In this document: piece by piece, positions 39,432 through 49,541 of the stretch
Position numbering within the stretch: position 1 is the first letter of the stretch
Layout of the letters: the number at the start of each line of letters is the position of its first letter
Source of the DNA: Candidatus Magasanikbacteria bacterium RIFCSPHIGHO2_02_FULL_48_18
GTDB lineage: Bacteria > Patescibacteriota > Patescibacteriia > Magasanikbacterales > UBA922
Reading direction: 5' to 3'
DNA length: 64,000 nt
NCBI GenBank assembly: GCA_001784285.1
Contig: MFQC01000011.1
Span: 67,640 to 131,639 of the forward strand
The notes under the pieces: generated by a model
The model's input: only the letters and a program-made list of their open reading frames with translations
Database searches by the model: none
Told to the model about the DNA's origin: nothing
Position numbers and translations under genes: made by a program

Positions 39432-39460
39432 ACCCTATCAGGAAAAATCCGCATTGTCAA
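39432..39460 (-). promoter_or_regulatory. Promoter of the putative ncRNA
   Basis: TTGACA-17 nt-TAGGGT with extended TG; predicted +1 falls at the first base of the closing stem. Confidence 0.65.
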
Positions 39461-39490
39461 GCGGAAAATAGGCATTTGTGCCGACCCTGT

Positions 39491-40318
39491 TTATTCAACC
39501 ACCAAGACCACCGGCTTTCCATGGATAACGTCTCCATTGTTCCAATCGTGAATAGCGCGAAGAAGGATCTCGTGCGGGTACATATAATTTTCACCGAATT
39601 GCGTTCCGGGATCGTTGGTGATAAACGCTTCTTCGGTGTACCCGCGAATGATAAGTGTGTGATACTCCGGACCGCCATTTTTAAAATGAGGATTATGCAG
39701 ATCTTTTCCTCGAGCCACCACAAGAATCGGCTGGCCGTTGGCAATAAATTGTTTGAGACTGCTAATGGTTGGATACGCCACCAGGCGGAGCGTTAATCCG
39801 GAATCCGGCGTGAAACCATAAATCTCTTCCATCATCTGCCGCATTTTTTCAATTTCAATACTCACCCCCCATCCCCGTTCATCTTGCCACTGTACGGCGT
39901 CAAGAATTTTTTCTTTGGCGAGCGGAATCGAAACATCATATTCTTTATAATACGCATCCATCATAATCATGACCGCCTCTTCGCACGCGTCTTGCCATGG
40001 CTGTGTCCAAATTTTTTCCGGCGCTTGGGGGACAAAAGGGACGTCCAAATTGATTTTGGCAGGAAGGGCCGTATCTATTTTTTGCGGCTCCGGAGATGGC
40101 AGGGGTAATTCTAGCGCGTCATTGAATGAAACCGGGGCAAAATCATCCTTCTCAAATAATGGGACGTCTTCTATCACTTTTGCCCTTTTTTGCTCTGTTA
40201 GGCTGTTTCCAATTTTTTTCCAAACAAATCCGCCTGCCACAAAAAACACAACCAGAAAAAAACCAAGTCCAACCGCGTAATATGTTGTTTCTCTCGTTTT
40301 TTTCATAGAATGAGCCAT
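39491..40318 (-). CDS. Peptidase C39-like family protein with N-terminal TM anchor
   Basis: LDVPFVPQAP...QDACEEA, YH, NDPGT. Confidence 0.8.
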   Translation of the reverse strand: MAHSMKKTRETTYYAVGLGFFLVVFFVAGGFVWKKIGNSLTEQKRAKVIEDVPLFEKDDFAPVSFNDALELPLPSPEPQKIDTALPAKINLDVPFVPQAPEKIWTQPWQDACEEAVMIMMDAYYKEYDVSIPLAKEKILDAVQWQDERGWGVSIEIEKMRQMMEEIYGFTPDSGLTLRLVAYPTISSLKQFIANGQPILVVARGKDLHNPHFKNGGPEYHTLIIRGYTEEAFITNDPGTQFGENYMYPHEILLRAIHDWNNGDVIHGKPVVLVVE

Positions 40319-40426
40319 AAAACATGAAAAAAGCTCTTTTTAAAGTATAGCAAATGAACATGCCAAAAGTGAATATGTCAGTCGTATTGATCCACACGTC
40401 AACGTATGATACGATGCGCTCTACCT

Positions 40427-41632
40427 ATGTCTTTTTTTACGATCACACACAAAGAAAAACATTCCCGCGCGAGAACAGGAATAATAAAAACCGATCACGG
40501 CGCCATTGAAACACCGTGCTTTATGCCGGTTGGAACCCAAGGAACAGTAAAGGCGCTCGACGTAAACGATCTCCATACGCTTGACGCGCAAATTATTTTA
40601 GGCAACACCTACCATCTCCATCTTCGGCCGGGAGAAGATTTGGTCGCGGAATTTGGCGGGCTTCACTCCTTCATGGGTTGGGATGGGCCGATACTCACCG
40701 ACAGCGGCGGATTTCAAGTCTTTAGTTTGGGACACAAAAAAAATGCGGGTGAGGATACTCCCAAAAATAATCAGTCAAAATTGGTGAGGATTGACGAAGA
40801 TGGCGTAACCTTCAAATCATATATTGACGGATCCACGCATCGCTTTACGCCAGAATCCGCAATTGACATCCAGCATAAACTGGGAGCGGATATTATTATG
40901 GCCTTTGACGAATGCACGCCGGACGATGTTGATATGGAGTATGCAAAGCAGGCAATGGAGCGGACGCACCGATGGGCCAAGCGGTGTATTGCCGAACAAA
41001 GGAAGCAGATGACACAGAGCAAACCCGCGCTGTTTGGCATTATGCAAGGCGCAAAATACAAAAATCTTCGCATTGAATCCGCAAAAGTCATTTCCGCAAT
41101 GGATTTTGATGGCATCGCAATCGGCGGCGAATCCATTGGCTACAATATGGACGCGACAAAAGAAATTTTGTCCTGGGTTATACCAATTATCCCGGAAGAA
41201 AAACCGCACTATACCATGGGCGTCGGCTTTTCGCCGCTTGATCTTTTTGATGTGGTCGAACAAGGTATTGACATGTTTGACTGTGTCGCGCCAACCAGAA
41301 TTGCGCGCAATGGAAGCCTCTATGTATCCCCTGCAATCGCAAAGCAAGAGCATCAAAATTTTGGCACAAAAGACCGGAAACAAAAATACCGAATCAATAT
41401 CTTGAACGCGCGCTATGCAAAAGACGCGTCGCCGATTGACTCATCCTGCGCGTGCTTTACGTGCCTGACGCATTCTCGCGCCTACATTCATCATCTTTTC
41501 CGCGCCGAAGAACTGTTGGCATACCGTCTCACCACCATTCATAATGTTCATTTCTTTTTACAACTCATGAGAGACATGCAGGACGCGATATGCCAAGATC
41601 GATTTTTGGCGTTTAAAAAAGAGTGGCAATAA
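40427..41632 (+). CDS. tgt: tRNA-guanine transglycosylase
   Basis: TPCFMPVGT, GNTYHL, TDSGGFQVFSL, DMFDCV, CACFTC zinc site. Confidence 0.97.
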   Translation: MSFFTITHKEKHSRARTGIIKTDHGAIETPCFMPVGTQGTVKALDVNDLHTLDAQIILGNTYHLHLRPGEDLVAEFGGLHSFMGWDGPILTDSGGFQVFSLGHKKNAGEDTPKNNQSKLVRIDEDGVTFKSYIDGSTHRFTPESAIDIQHKLGADIIMAFDECTPDDVDMEYAKQAMERTHRWAKRCIAEQRKQMTQSKPALFGIMQGAKYKNLRIESAKVISAMDFDGIAIGGESIGYNMDATKEILSWVIPIIPEEKPHYTMGVGFSPLDLFDVVEQGIDMFDCVAPTRIARNGSLYVSPAIAKQEHQNFGTKDRKQKYRINILNARYAKDASPIDSSCACFTCLTHSRAYIHHLFRAEELLAYRLTTIHNVHFFLQLMRDMQDAICQDRFLAFKKEWQ

Positions 41633-41649
41633 AACACCCTTTGCCGACG

Positions 41650-42723
41650 CTATTGAATTATCATCGCATCACCAAAACTAAAAAATCGATACTTCTCCTC
41701 CACTGCTTGTGCGTAGCACGAAAGCATAAATTCCGTGTCCCCGGCAAACGCGGCAACCAGCATAAGGAGCGTTGATTTTGGTAAATGAAAATTGGTAATA
41801 AGCGCGTCAACAAGATGAAATTGAAATCCGGGCGTAATAAACAGATTGATGTCTCCGGAATACGAAAATAATTCCCCATCCGGTTCGGCAGACAGCGCCG
41901 CAACGCCCTCAAGCGTCCGAGCGGTGGTGGTGCCAACCGCGACAATACGCCGTCCCTCCCGCTTTGCTTGATTGATGAGCTCAACCGCTTCATCCGGCAC
42001 CTCCACCCATTCGCTGTGCATGGTGTGGTCTTCAACGCGCTCGGTTTTGACCGGAAGAAATGTTCCAAGACCCACATGCAGGCAGACTTCGGCAAATTGC
42101 ACGCCTTTTTTTTGGATTTTTTCAATAAGTTCTTTGGTAAAATGAAATCCCGCGGTCGGCGCGGCCACCGACCCTTCTCGCTTGGCACTCGCGTACACGG
42201 TTTGGTAACTTTCAAGCTCATGCCGCTCATCTTTAATGTAGGGAGGCAGGGGCACCCTTCCATACCGATTGGCTCTGCTCCGAACCGTGGCTTCATTATA
42301 AGGAAACTGTATCAGAAGGGTGCCATCGGATTCTTTCAAAATTGCTTCGCAAAAAAAATCCGGACCAAATGAAATTCGAGCGCCCGGACGAACATGCTTT
42401 GCCGGTTTCGCGAGGGCTTTCCAGACACCAGGATTTTCCATTGAGCGGACCAAAAAAACTTCAATGTCTTTGGCGTGTTCAAACAAATTGCGTCCGGTTC
42501 CGGAAATAAGCCGGCCAAACAGCCGCGCTTTGAATACTTTGGAATTATTCCAAACCAAAACATCTCCGCTGTGCAGATGTTCCAAAAGCGCATCAAAACG
42601 CTCATGCGCGATTGTTTTTGTCACACGATTGATTACCATCAGCCGCGCATGGTCGCGCGGCTCGATCGGCCGCTGAGCGATGAGCGCTGTCGGAAGCGCG
42701 TAATCAAAATCAGAGGTTTGCAT
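41650..42723 (-). CDS. queA: S-adenosylmethionine:tRNA ribosyltransferase-isomerase
   Basis: PLPPYI, YQTVYA, GSVAAPTAG, TNFHLPKSTL, YRFFSFGDAM. Confidence 0.97.
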   Translation of the reverse strand: MQTSDFDYALPTALIAQRPIEPRDHARLMVINRVTKTIAHERFDALLEHLHSGDVLVWNNSKVFKARLFGRLISGTGRNLFEHAKDIEVFLVRSMENPGVWKALAKPAKHVRPGARISFGPDFFCEAILKESDGTLLIQFPYNEATVRSRANRYGRVPLPPYIKDERHELESYQTVYASAKREGSVAAPTAGFHFTKELIEKIQKKGVQFAEVCLHVGLGTFLPVKTERVEDHTMHSEWVEVPDEAVELINQAKREGRRIVAVGTTTARTLEGVAALSAEPDGELFSYSGDINLFITPGFQFHLVDALITNFHLPKSTLLMLVAAFAGDTEFMLSCYAQAVEEKYRFFSFGDAMIIQ

Positions 42724-42918
42724 ACTATTCGATAGTTGGATGTTACTTTATTCTACCATATTGAAGACAAAACGATTCAATCATGAAAAAAACAATGCAC
42801 GCCGGCGGCATGGATCATTCCTTCCAGGATTGGTTCGTGCGCCACCTACCATATTCTATATAAACCGCTTGAGACGGTTTTTTTATGAGACGCATTACTA
42901 TGCGTCTTTACTTAATCT

Positions 42919-44055
42919 CTATATACCACACTGTTTCACTGCTTCGGCAACCGCTGTCGCAACCGTCCGATCCAACGGATCCGGCAATATATGATCTTTA
43001 TCCGGATGTGGAACATGATGGGCCAATGCTTCGGCGGCCGCACGTTTCATTTCCTCTGTGACGCGCCGAATGCGCGCGTCCAATAACCCACGAAATATAC
43101 CGGGAAACGCCAGCACGTTATTGACCTGGTTTGGAAAATCACTGCGTCCGGTTGCCACAATGGCGGCACCCGCGCGATCGGCGACGTCGGGCATAATTTC
43201 CGGTGTTGGGTTGGCCATGGCAAAAATAATAGGGTCCGGATTCATGGATCGAACCATTTGTTCGTCCACGAGTCCCGGTTTACTCACGCCGATAAAAACA
43301 TCCGCGCCCTTCATCGCTTCGACAAGACCGCCCTTTCGTTGTTCCTGATTTGTTTTGTCTGCCAATTCATCTTTAAATGGATTCATGCCATTTGTTCTTC
43401 CTTTATATATCATTCCCTGGGAGTCAACGAGAATAACATTTGTTACTCCGGCGCCCAAAAGAAGATTGGTCACCGCGACACCAGCCGCGCCAACGCCATT
43501 CACCACAAGAGAAATTTCATCCATCTTTTTTCCCACAACCTTGAGCGCGTTCATAAGACCGGCAAGGGTTACAATAGCCGTGCCGTGCTGATCGTCGTGA
43601 AACACGGGAATATCGAGGCGTTCAATAAGCCGCTCTTCAATCTCAAAACATCGCGGCGCGGAAATATCTTCCAAATTAATGCCGCCAAACATGGGAGAGA
43701 TAAGTTCCACGGTGCGAACAATCTCGTCCACGTCTTTGGACTTGATGGCGATTGGAAACGCGTCAACGCCGGCGAATGATTTAAACAAAATGCACTTGCC
43801 TTCCATAACCGGCAGGCTTGCCTCAGGCCCAATATCGCCAAGACCCAAGACCGCCGTGCCATCGGTCACGAGCGCGACCATGTTCCATTTGCGCGTATAG
43901 TCGTACACTTTTGCAATATCTTTTTCAATTGCCTTGCACGGCTCGGCAACGCCGGGCGTGTAGGCAATGGATAAATCTTCACGGGAATCAAGCGGCACGC
44001 GAGAAATAATTTCCAATTTTCCTTTCGCGTCTTTATGATATTGGAGTGGATCCAT
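42919..44055 (-). CDS. NAD(P)-dependent malic enzyme (YtsJ-like)
   Basis: AYTPGVA, TDGTAVLGLGDIG, INLEDI, HDDQHGTA, NQVNNVLAFPG. Confidence 0.95.
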   Translation of the reverse strand: MDPLQYHKDAKGKLEIISRVPLDSREDLSIAYTPGVAEPCKAIEKDIAKVYDYTRKWNMVALVTDGTAVLGLGDIGPEASLPVMEGKCILFKSFAGVDAFPIAIKSKDVDEIVRTVELISPMFGGINLEDISAPRCFEIEERLIERLDIPVFHDDQHGTAIVTLAGLMNALKVVGKKMDEISLVVNGVGAAGVAVTNLLLGAGVTNVILVDSQGMIYKGRTNGMNPFKDELADKTNQEQRKGGLVEAMKGADVFIGVSKPGLVDEQMVRSMNPDPIIFAMANPTPEIMPDVADRAGAAIVATGRSDFPNQVNNVLAFPGIFRGLLDARIRRVTEEMKRAAAEALAHHVPHPDKDHILPDPLDRTVATAVAEAVKQCGI

Positions 44056-44065
44056 AGAAAATCTG

Positions 44066-45145
44066 TTACAAATACTTCGCCCTATTTTTATTGTGCTCCT
44101 CAAGCGTTTCCGCATATTTGACTTCGCCGTCAAGAGTAGTCAAAAAATACCAATAATCATTTTTTGCAGGATAGATGGCCGCCATAATGGATTCCAAACT
44201 TGGTGTGGCAATAGGCCCTGGCGGAAGCCCCGGATATTGATAAGTATTCCATGGATTTAAGGAGTCTCTGTCTTCTTTGGTGGTAAACACATCTCCTTTT
44301 TTCCCGACGGCGTAATGCACGGTGGAATCGGCCTGAAGCGCCATACCAACCATGTATCGCCGCCAAAAAATATCGGCGACCAACGCACGATCCTTTGTGG
44401 AGCGCACTTCACGCTCCACAATGCTCGCCATGGTGAGCATGTCGTGCGGCGTCGCGCGCAATGTTTTTTCCTGATTCGCGTCCGGATATACCCGCGTAAA
44501 AAAATTTTCCATATCCGCGTACATCGTATCCGTGAATTGTTCCACTCGCGCGTCAAACAATTTTTTTAATACATTTTCAATGGAATCATCCTGAAAAACG
44601 CGATACGTATCCGGACGAAAATATCCCTCAAAGCTCACGTTGCGCGGCTTCTCTTTTGTGAGCGGGCCCTCCAATACAAGTATGGGCGTCGTATACCCCA
44701 AAAGATCAAGACGATTATTTGCCGGAGGGCCAGCCACGCGAAAAAATTGTTCTTCGGTTTCCACAAATCCTTGCGCAACAAAATAGGTTGCCATATCCCG
44801 AAAATCCCACCCCGGTATGATAGTCACGACCTTCTCATTAACCCCCGGCTCTAAGAGCGCTTTCACAACCCGCGCCATCGTAATGGGTGTTTCAACGACA
44901 AATGATCCATACTGAATCGTCTTATCCATTCCTTTCCACAACACATAGCGGCGAAAAAGCCATGCATTCCGAATAACGCCCTCCTCTTCAAGACGCCGCG
45001 CCAACGAGGCCGAGCTCTCTCCCTGTTTCACGTCAAACGCAAGACGTTCAACCGGCAACGCTTCGGCAAAATATATTTCCGAAAATACAAACCAGGCGCC
45101 AAAGACCACACACAGAAACGCAATACCCAAAATACTTTTTTTCAT
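44066..45145 (-). CDS. mltG: Endolytic transglycosylase MltG
   Basis: EGYFRPDTY, ASIVERE, LQAD, WNTYQYPGLPPGPI. Confidence 0.93.
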   Translation of the reverse strand: MKKSILGIAFLCVVFGAWFVFSEIYFAEALPVERLAFDVKQGESSASLARRLEEEGVIRNAWLFRRYVLWKGMDKTIQYGSFVVETPITMARVVKALLEPGVNEKVVTIIPGWDFRDMATYFVAQGFVETEEQFFRVAGPPANNRLDLLGYTTPILVLEGPLTKEKPRNVSFEGYFRPDTYRVFQDDSIENVLKKLFDARVEQFTDTMYADMENFFTRVYPDANQEKTLRATPHDMLTMASIVEREVRSTKDRALVADIFWRRYMVGMALQADSTVHYAVGKKGDVFTTKEDRDSLNPWNTYQYPGLPPGPIATPSLESIMAAIYPAKNDYWYFLTTLDGEVKYAETLEEHNKNRAKYL

Positions 45146-45151
45146 ACATAC

Positions 45152-45844
45152 TCAAACAAATAAATTCCAGTGTTCTCTCGCCCAAGATAAGCGGTCCGGA
45201 ACGCCCACATCAATCCATATCCCGTCCCACGGGTATACATCGAGATCGGTTAACGCGGGAAACACATCATATTCCACACTAAACGCTTCTTCACGGGGAA
45301 AAAATGATTGTACCTGTTTGGTAAAAAGGTATACTCCGCCATTGACATAGCCGTGGGTGGCGTTTCCTTTTTTTTCTTGAAACGCGCGCAGGCGGCGCTC
45401 ATCGTCATAGTCAAGCGTGCCATAGTGCGACGCGTCGTCCACACGCGCTCCCATAATTATCCCCTGGCTATTGAGGCGAAGCGAACGAATCATCTGAGAA
45501 AAATCACACGAAGAAAGCACGTCGCCATTCAAGACAAATACAGGATCATCAACATGCTCAAGATAACGAAACGCGTGTTTGATAGCCCCGCCGGTTCCTA
45601 ATTTTTTGTCCTCAATCGCATACTGTATCGACAGACCCTGTCGTGTGTCGCCAACCGCATCGCGCAATACATGCGCCAAATGACCAGCGGCCAACACCAC
45701 ATCGGTAACGCCAGCTTTGCCCAATTGATTGATCTGCCAATCCAACACGGTCTTTGGGCCAATTTCAAGCAATACTTTTGGAATGTCTTTCGTCATATCT
45801 CCCAATCGCGTCGAAAGGCCGCCGCAAATAATAATCGCGTTCAT
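45152..45844 (-). CDS. Sugar-phosphate nucleotidyltransferase
   Basis: CGGLSTRL...PK, LGTGGA, LNGD, VNGGVY, WIDVG. Confidence 0.9.
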   Translation of the reverse strand: MNAIIICGGLSTRLGDMTKDIPKVLLEIGPKTVLDWQINQLGKAGVTDVVLAAGHLAHVLRDAVGDTRQGLSIQYAIEDKKLGTGGAIKHAFRYLEHVDDPVFVLNGDVLSSCDFSQMIRSLRLNSQGIIMGARVDDASHYGTLDYDDERRLRAFQEKKGNATHGYVNGGVYLFTKQVQSFFPREEAFSVEYDVFPALTDLDVYPWDGIWIDVGVPDRLSWAREHWNLFV

Positions 45845-46395
45845 ACAAGCCGAAAAAAAGAAAACAAAAACGGGGCGAACCAAAAATAGGAGAGAAAGAA
45901 AAAAAATAATCCACTCAGGATACCACCTAAAAAATCCCGTGGATAATGAAGCCCGACATACACGCGAGCCGCCGCAACGCACAATGCCCATAGTCCTGCG
46001 AGACCCATTCCGTACACGACGTCCGAAAAAAAGAATACACTGACCGCCAAAACGGTCGCAATCATGGCGTGATCGGATGGAAACGATTTAAATTCTTGCA
46101 CCGTGGAACACAAGGTTTTGACGTTCGACAATTCCGCATGAGGACGTTTGTGCCTCCATATCACGGCCACCACCCAATGAATACACAGGGCACTTCCTGC
46201 GGCAACAAGAGGAACGGCAAGCATAAACCAAGAAAGCGAGGACGCATGAAAAAAGACAATGTCAAAGACGGCAATGCCAAAAAGCGCAACAATGCCCCAT
46301 GTGGCAAAAAAAACCATTATCCGGTCCAGCCACGCCCGTCGGCCGAGCGTGCCATTGATTTTTAAAAAAAGTTTTTGACTCCAAGAAAGCGTCAT
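45841..46395 (-). CDS. PAP2 family phosphatase (undecaprenyl-PP phosphatase-like)
   Basis: RP, SFPSDH, ARVYVGLHYPRD. Confidence 0.9.
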   Translation of the reverse strand: MTLSWSQKLFLKINGTLGRRAWLDRIMVFFATWGIVALFGIAVFDIVFFHASSLSWFMLAVPLVAAGSALCIHWVVAVIWRHKRPHAELSNVKTLCSTVQEFKSFPSDHAMIATVLAVSVFFFSDVVYGMGLAGLWALCVAAARVYVGLHYPRDFLGGILSGLFFFFLSYFWFAPFLFSFFRLV

Positions 46396-46404
46396 AGAAG
46401 AAAA

Positions 46405-47421
46405 TTACATACGAGAGAACGCGCGCGCTTTTTTTGCCAATGCGTATATGCGGTATCGGCGCGGTGAAAAAACCACCTCAAAGGCCGGCGGGTACGACAC
46501 GGCTTCGCCGCCAAATCCGGCCTTGAATCGGGTAATGCCCGTCCATGGATGATTGGCTTGCCACGACACATGATGAAAGGCGGTTTCTGGCGCCGGGTGC
46601 GTTGTATCGCTTGGCGGCGCAATACCCCAAAAATCATAGCATGCATACCCTTCCTGTTTTGCATATTGCATGCCGCGCCACTGCAAAAGATATGGCGCCA
46701 TCCTCTGCCGCTCTGCGTTTGAGGAACACCCATGGAGATACGTAAAACGATTTTGATACCCGACACAGAGCATGGACGCAAGCGGCGTTTCCTCAAAAAA
46801 CGCGACAAATTGATGACACATGTCCATGGCAATCATTGCCTCATAATATGATTTCTCATGACTGCGAAAACGATCTCTTTTGGTGGTTTCTGTGTTGAGA
46901 CGCCAAAAAATATCGGGATTTTTCATTTTTTGAACGACCACCCCTTTTCGTTCCGCGAGCTGAATATTATAGCGTGTTTTCGCATGCATGGAAGAAAGAA
47001 TCGCATCATTATCCGATGTAAGCGACAAGAGAAGCGTATGCCGCGGCTGACGGTTTGAAATGGAAACAACAGAAAAACCCTGCCGGCGCAAAAAATTTTC
47101 AGCCTCTCCATGCGCGGGCTCAATGCGCGCAAACGCATATCCTTTTTGTTGCATCTCACGCATAAGCAACACCCACGATGGGCCATCCAAAGCGCCAATC
47201 CGCGGCAAAGAAACAAAGCGAATGGTCGGCACTATGCGCTCTCCAAATCCTTGCACCCGCTCTCTCGCATGCGGCCCCGCCTCCATGAGAAAACGAAAGA
47301 CTGTTTTTCCGGTCTTTCGTTGAAATTCTCCCCATTCCCAGGATTGAAGAAACTCGCCATCCGTTGTATCGCCTTTTCTGGGTTCCCAAGCGGTTTGGTT
47401 GTCGCATAACGCAAGAGTCAT
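46405..47421 (-). CDS. FemAB/FemX-family peptidoglycan bridge aminoacyltransferase
   Basis: FLQSWEWGEFQ, KTRYNI, YDFWGI, GITRFKAGFGG. Confidence 0.92.
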   Translation of the reverse strand: MTLALCDNQTAWEPRKGDTTDGEFLQSWEWGEFQRKTGKTVFRFLMEAGPHARERVQGFGERIVPTIRFVSLPRIGALDGPSWVLLMREMQQKGYAFARIEPAHGEAENFLRRQGFSVVSISNRQPRHTLLLSLTSDNDAILSSMHAKTRYNIQLAERKGVVVQKMKNPDIFWRLNTETTKRDRFRSHEKSYYEAMIAMDMCHQFVAFFEETPLASMLCVGYQNRFTYLHGCSSNAERQRMAPYLLQWRGMQYAKQEGYACYDFWGIAPPSDTTHPAPETAFHHVSWQANHPWTGITRFKAGFGGEAVSYPPAFEVVFSPRRYRIYALAKKARAFSRM

Positions 47422-47471
47422 GGGAGTATCATACCGAAATTTTCCCTTGACTGCAACGAAGTGTCATGCCC

Positions 47472-47500
47472 TTGATTTCTTTCATTCTCTCGTATATACT
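47472..47500 (+). promoter_or_regulatory. Promoter of rpmF-nusB-rnc
   Basis: TTGATT-17 nt-TATACT. Confidence 0.65.
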
Positions 47501-47542
47501 GCCCACACGTGCGCATAATTCACCTTTTTCTTATATCATTGT

Positions 47543-47761
47543 ATGGGTCTCCCTTCCAAACAGCGAACCCGAACATCAAAACGCCAACGCGCGTCTCATT
47601 TTGCATTATCCAAAAAGGCAATCCAATCCTGCCCATCCTGCGGCGCGCCCGCCCTGCCTCACACCGCCTGCCCAAGTTGCGGTTTGTACCGAGGGAAAAA
47701 AGCCGCCAATGTAGAAAAACGGACCGCTCGACGCGCCAAACGGATCAAAAAGATACACTAA
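47543..47761 (+). CDS. rpmF: 50S ribosomal protein L32
   Basis: RASHFAL, CPSCG...PHTACPSCGLYRG. Confidence 0.95.
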   Translation: MGLPSKQRTRTSKRQRASHFALSKKAIQSCPSCGAPALPHTACPSCGLYRGKKAANVEKRTARRAKRIKKIH

Positions 47762-47779
47762 CGCTCATTGCCGCTCTTT

Positions 47780-48217
47780 ATGTCCAATCGACACCTTGCG
47801 CGTTCCATCGCCATGCAGTCATTGTACCAATGGGATTTTCGAGGCAAACCAAGCGCGGTTCTCCCCGCGATTATCGAACAAAATTTAAAAGAGTTCGGTG
47901 ACGGCTTGTCATCGGACAAAGACTACGTCCGGCAAACCGTGGACGGCATTCTGGAACATCTCCCGGACATTGACGCGTGCATTGAAACGCATGCCACCAA
48001 CTGGCCGCTTGACCAAATCACCATTGTGGACCGAAATATCTTGCGTCTCGGAATATACGAACTCTTATACAACGACGAAATACCGGCAAAAGTGGCCATC
48101 AATGAAGCCATCGAAATCGCAAAAAATTATGGTGGGCCGTCATCGGGCAAATTTGTGAATGGCATTCTCGGGGCGCTCCTCAAAGAATTGGAAACAAAAG
48201 AAAAAAAACAAGAATAA
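47780..48217 (+). CDS. nusB: Transcription antitermination factor NusB
   Basis: [31 protein letters not shown]. Confidence 0.96.
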   Translation: MSNRHLARSIAMQSLYQWDFRGKPSAVLPAIIEQNLKEFGDGLSSDKDYVRQTVDGILEHLPDIDACIETHATNWPLDQITIVDRNILRLGIYELLYNDEIPAKVAINEAIEIAKNYGGPSSGKFVNGILGALLKELETKEKKQE

Positions 48218-48353
48218 TCGCTCTTTCCTTTATTCAACGTACCCATCCGTTCTCATAAAAGCTCAAATGTTTCTCTCCTCGCGCATGGAGTGTGACATTT
48301 GAAATTTGATGAGGGAAATATCGGTGGCAAGAGTACGATCAATTTTTACAAGT

Positions 48354-49115
48354 ATGCCTATTGCCGCGTATACAGAAAAAAAATTCCCAAAACTCGAAGA
48401 AATCATCGGCATCACATTTCACAATCCAAATCTTCTGGTCCAAGCGCTCGTCCACCGCTCATTTCTTAATGAAAACAGAGACTTCCCGCTTGCGCACAAT
48501 GAACGGCTGGAATTTTTGGGTGACGCAGTGTTGGAATTGATTGTTACACAATTTTTGTTTGACCGTTATCTCAATCCCGAAGGAGAACTCACCAACTGGA
48601 GAGCGGCCCTTGTCAACGCAAAGATGTGCGCGGACGTCGCACGTGAAATTGGCTTGGAAGAATTTTTATTCCTGAGCCACGGAGAGCAAAAGGATGAAAA
48701 CACCAAAGCTCGAGATTATATTTTGGCAAACGCGTTTGAGGCGGTGATTGGCGCCATCTTTATTGATCACGGGTGGGATATGGCCAATCAATTTGTCACA
48801 AGATGGATTATCAGTAAATTGCCCGAGGTCTTGGATTTGGGCCTTTGGATGGATCCAAAATCGCGGTTTCAAGAAGCGGCGCAAGAAATTGTCGGCATCA
48901 CGCCCACATACCGCGTCCTCAAAGAGGACGGACCCGACCACGATAAGCAATTTGTGGTTGGCGTGTATCTTGATAAAGAAAAAATCGCGATTGGCGAGGG
49001 TGGCAGTAAACAAGAAGCCCAAGTGGAAGCCGCGGAAAAAGGATTGAAAAAAAAGGCATGGAAAGGACCAAAAATCCAAATTTTGGAACGAAAAGAAAAT
49101 GATCCGATTGGGTAA
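48354..49115 (+). CDS. rnc: Ribonuclease III
   Basis: HNERLEFLGDAVLEL signature and a dsRBD (DPKSRFQE...GPDH...SKQEA). Confidence 0.97.
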   Translation: MPIAAYTEKKFPKLEEIIGITFHNPNLLVQALVHRSFLNENRDFPLAHNERLEFLGDAVLELIVTQFLFDRYLNPEGELTNWRAALVNAKMCADVAREIGLEEFLFLSHGEQKDENTKARDYILANAFEAVIGAIFIDHGWDMANQFVTRWIISKLPEVLDLGLWMDPKSRFQEAAQEIVGITPTYRVLKEDGPDHDKQFVVGVYLDKEKIAIGEGGSKQEAQVEAAEKGLKKKAWKGPKIQILERKENDPIG

Positions 49116-49119
49116 ATAT

Positions 49120-49541
49120 TTGAAATATCTAATTTCTAATTGACCTAAAAAATAAAATAATATACAAAATATGGAGGGGAAAACTCAACCAAAATGGGAT
49201 TTGTATGAGAGGACAAAAAATTTTGCAAACAAAATAACCGAACGACTTATTCCACAACTGATCGGAGCATCAACAAGCATTGGAGCAAACTATTGTGAAG
49301 CAGACAACGCCGAAAGTAAACGAGATTTTATTCATAAAATAGGCATTTGCAAAAAAGAGTCACGGGAGACGGTTTTCTTTCTGGAAATTATTGCAACTGC
49401 CGTCCCTCATGTAGCGGCTGAAACAACTCCATTACGTCAAGAAGCGATAGAACTCAATCTTATTTTCAACGCGATTCAAAGAAAAATAAAAACAAATCAA
49501 AATGAGATACTAGACCAATTAGATATTATTAGATATTTCAA
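49120..49541. repeat. Imperfect inverted repeats framing the four-helix-bundle gene
   Basis: Left arm 49120-49147 TTGAAATATCTAATTTCTAATTGACCTA; reverse complement of right arm 49511-49541 is TTGAAATATCTAATAATATCTAATTGGTCTA. Confidence 0.75.
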
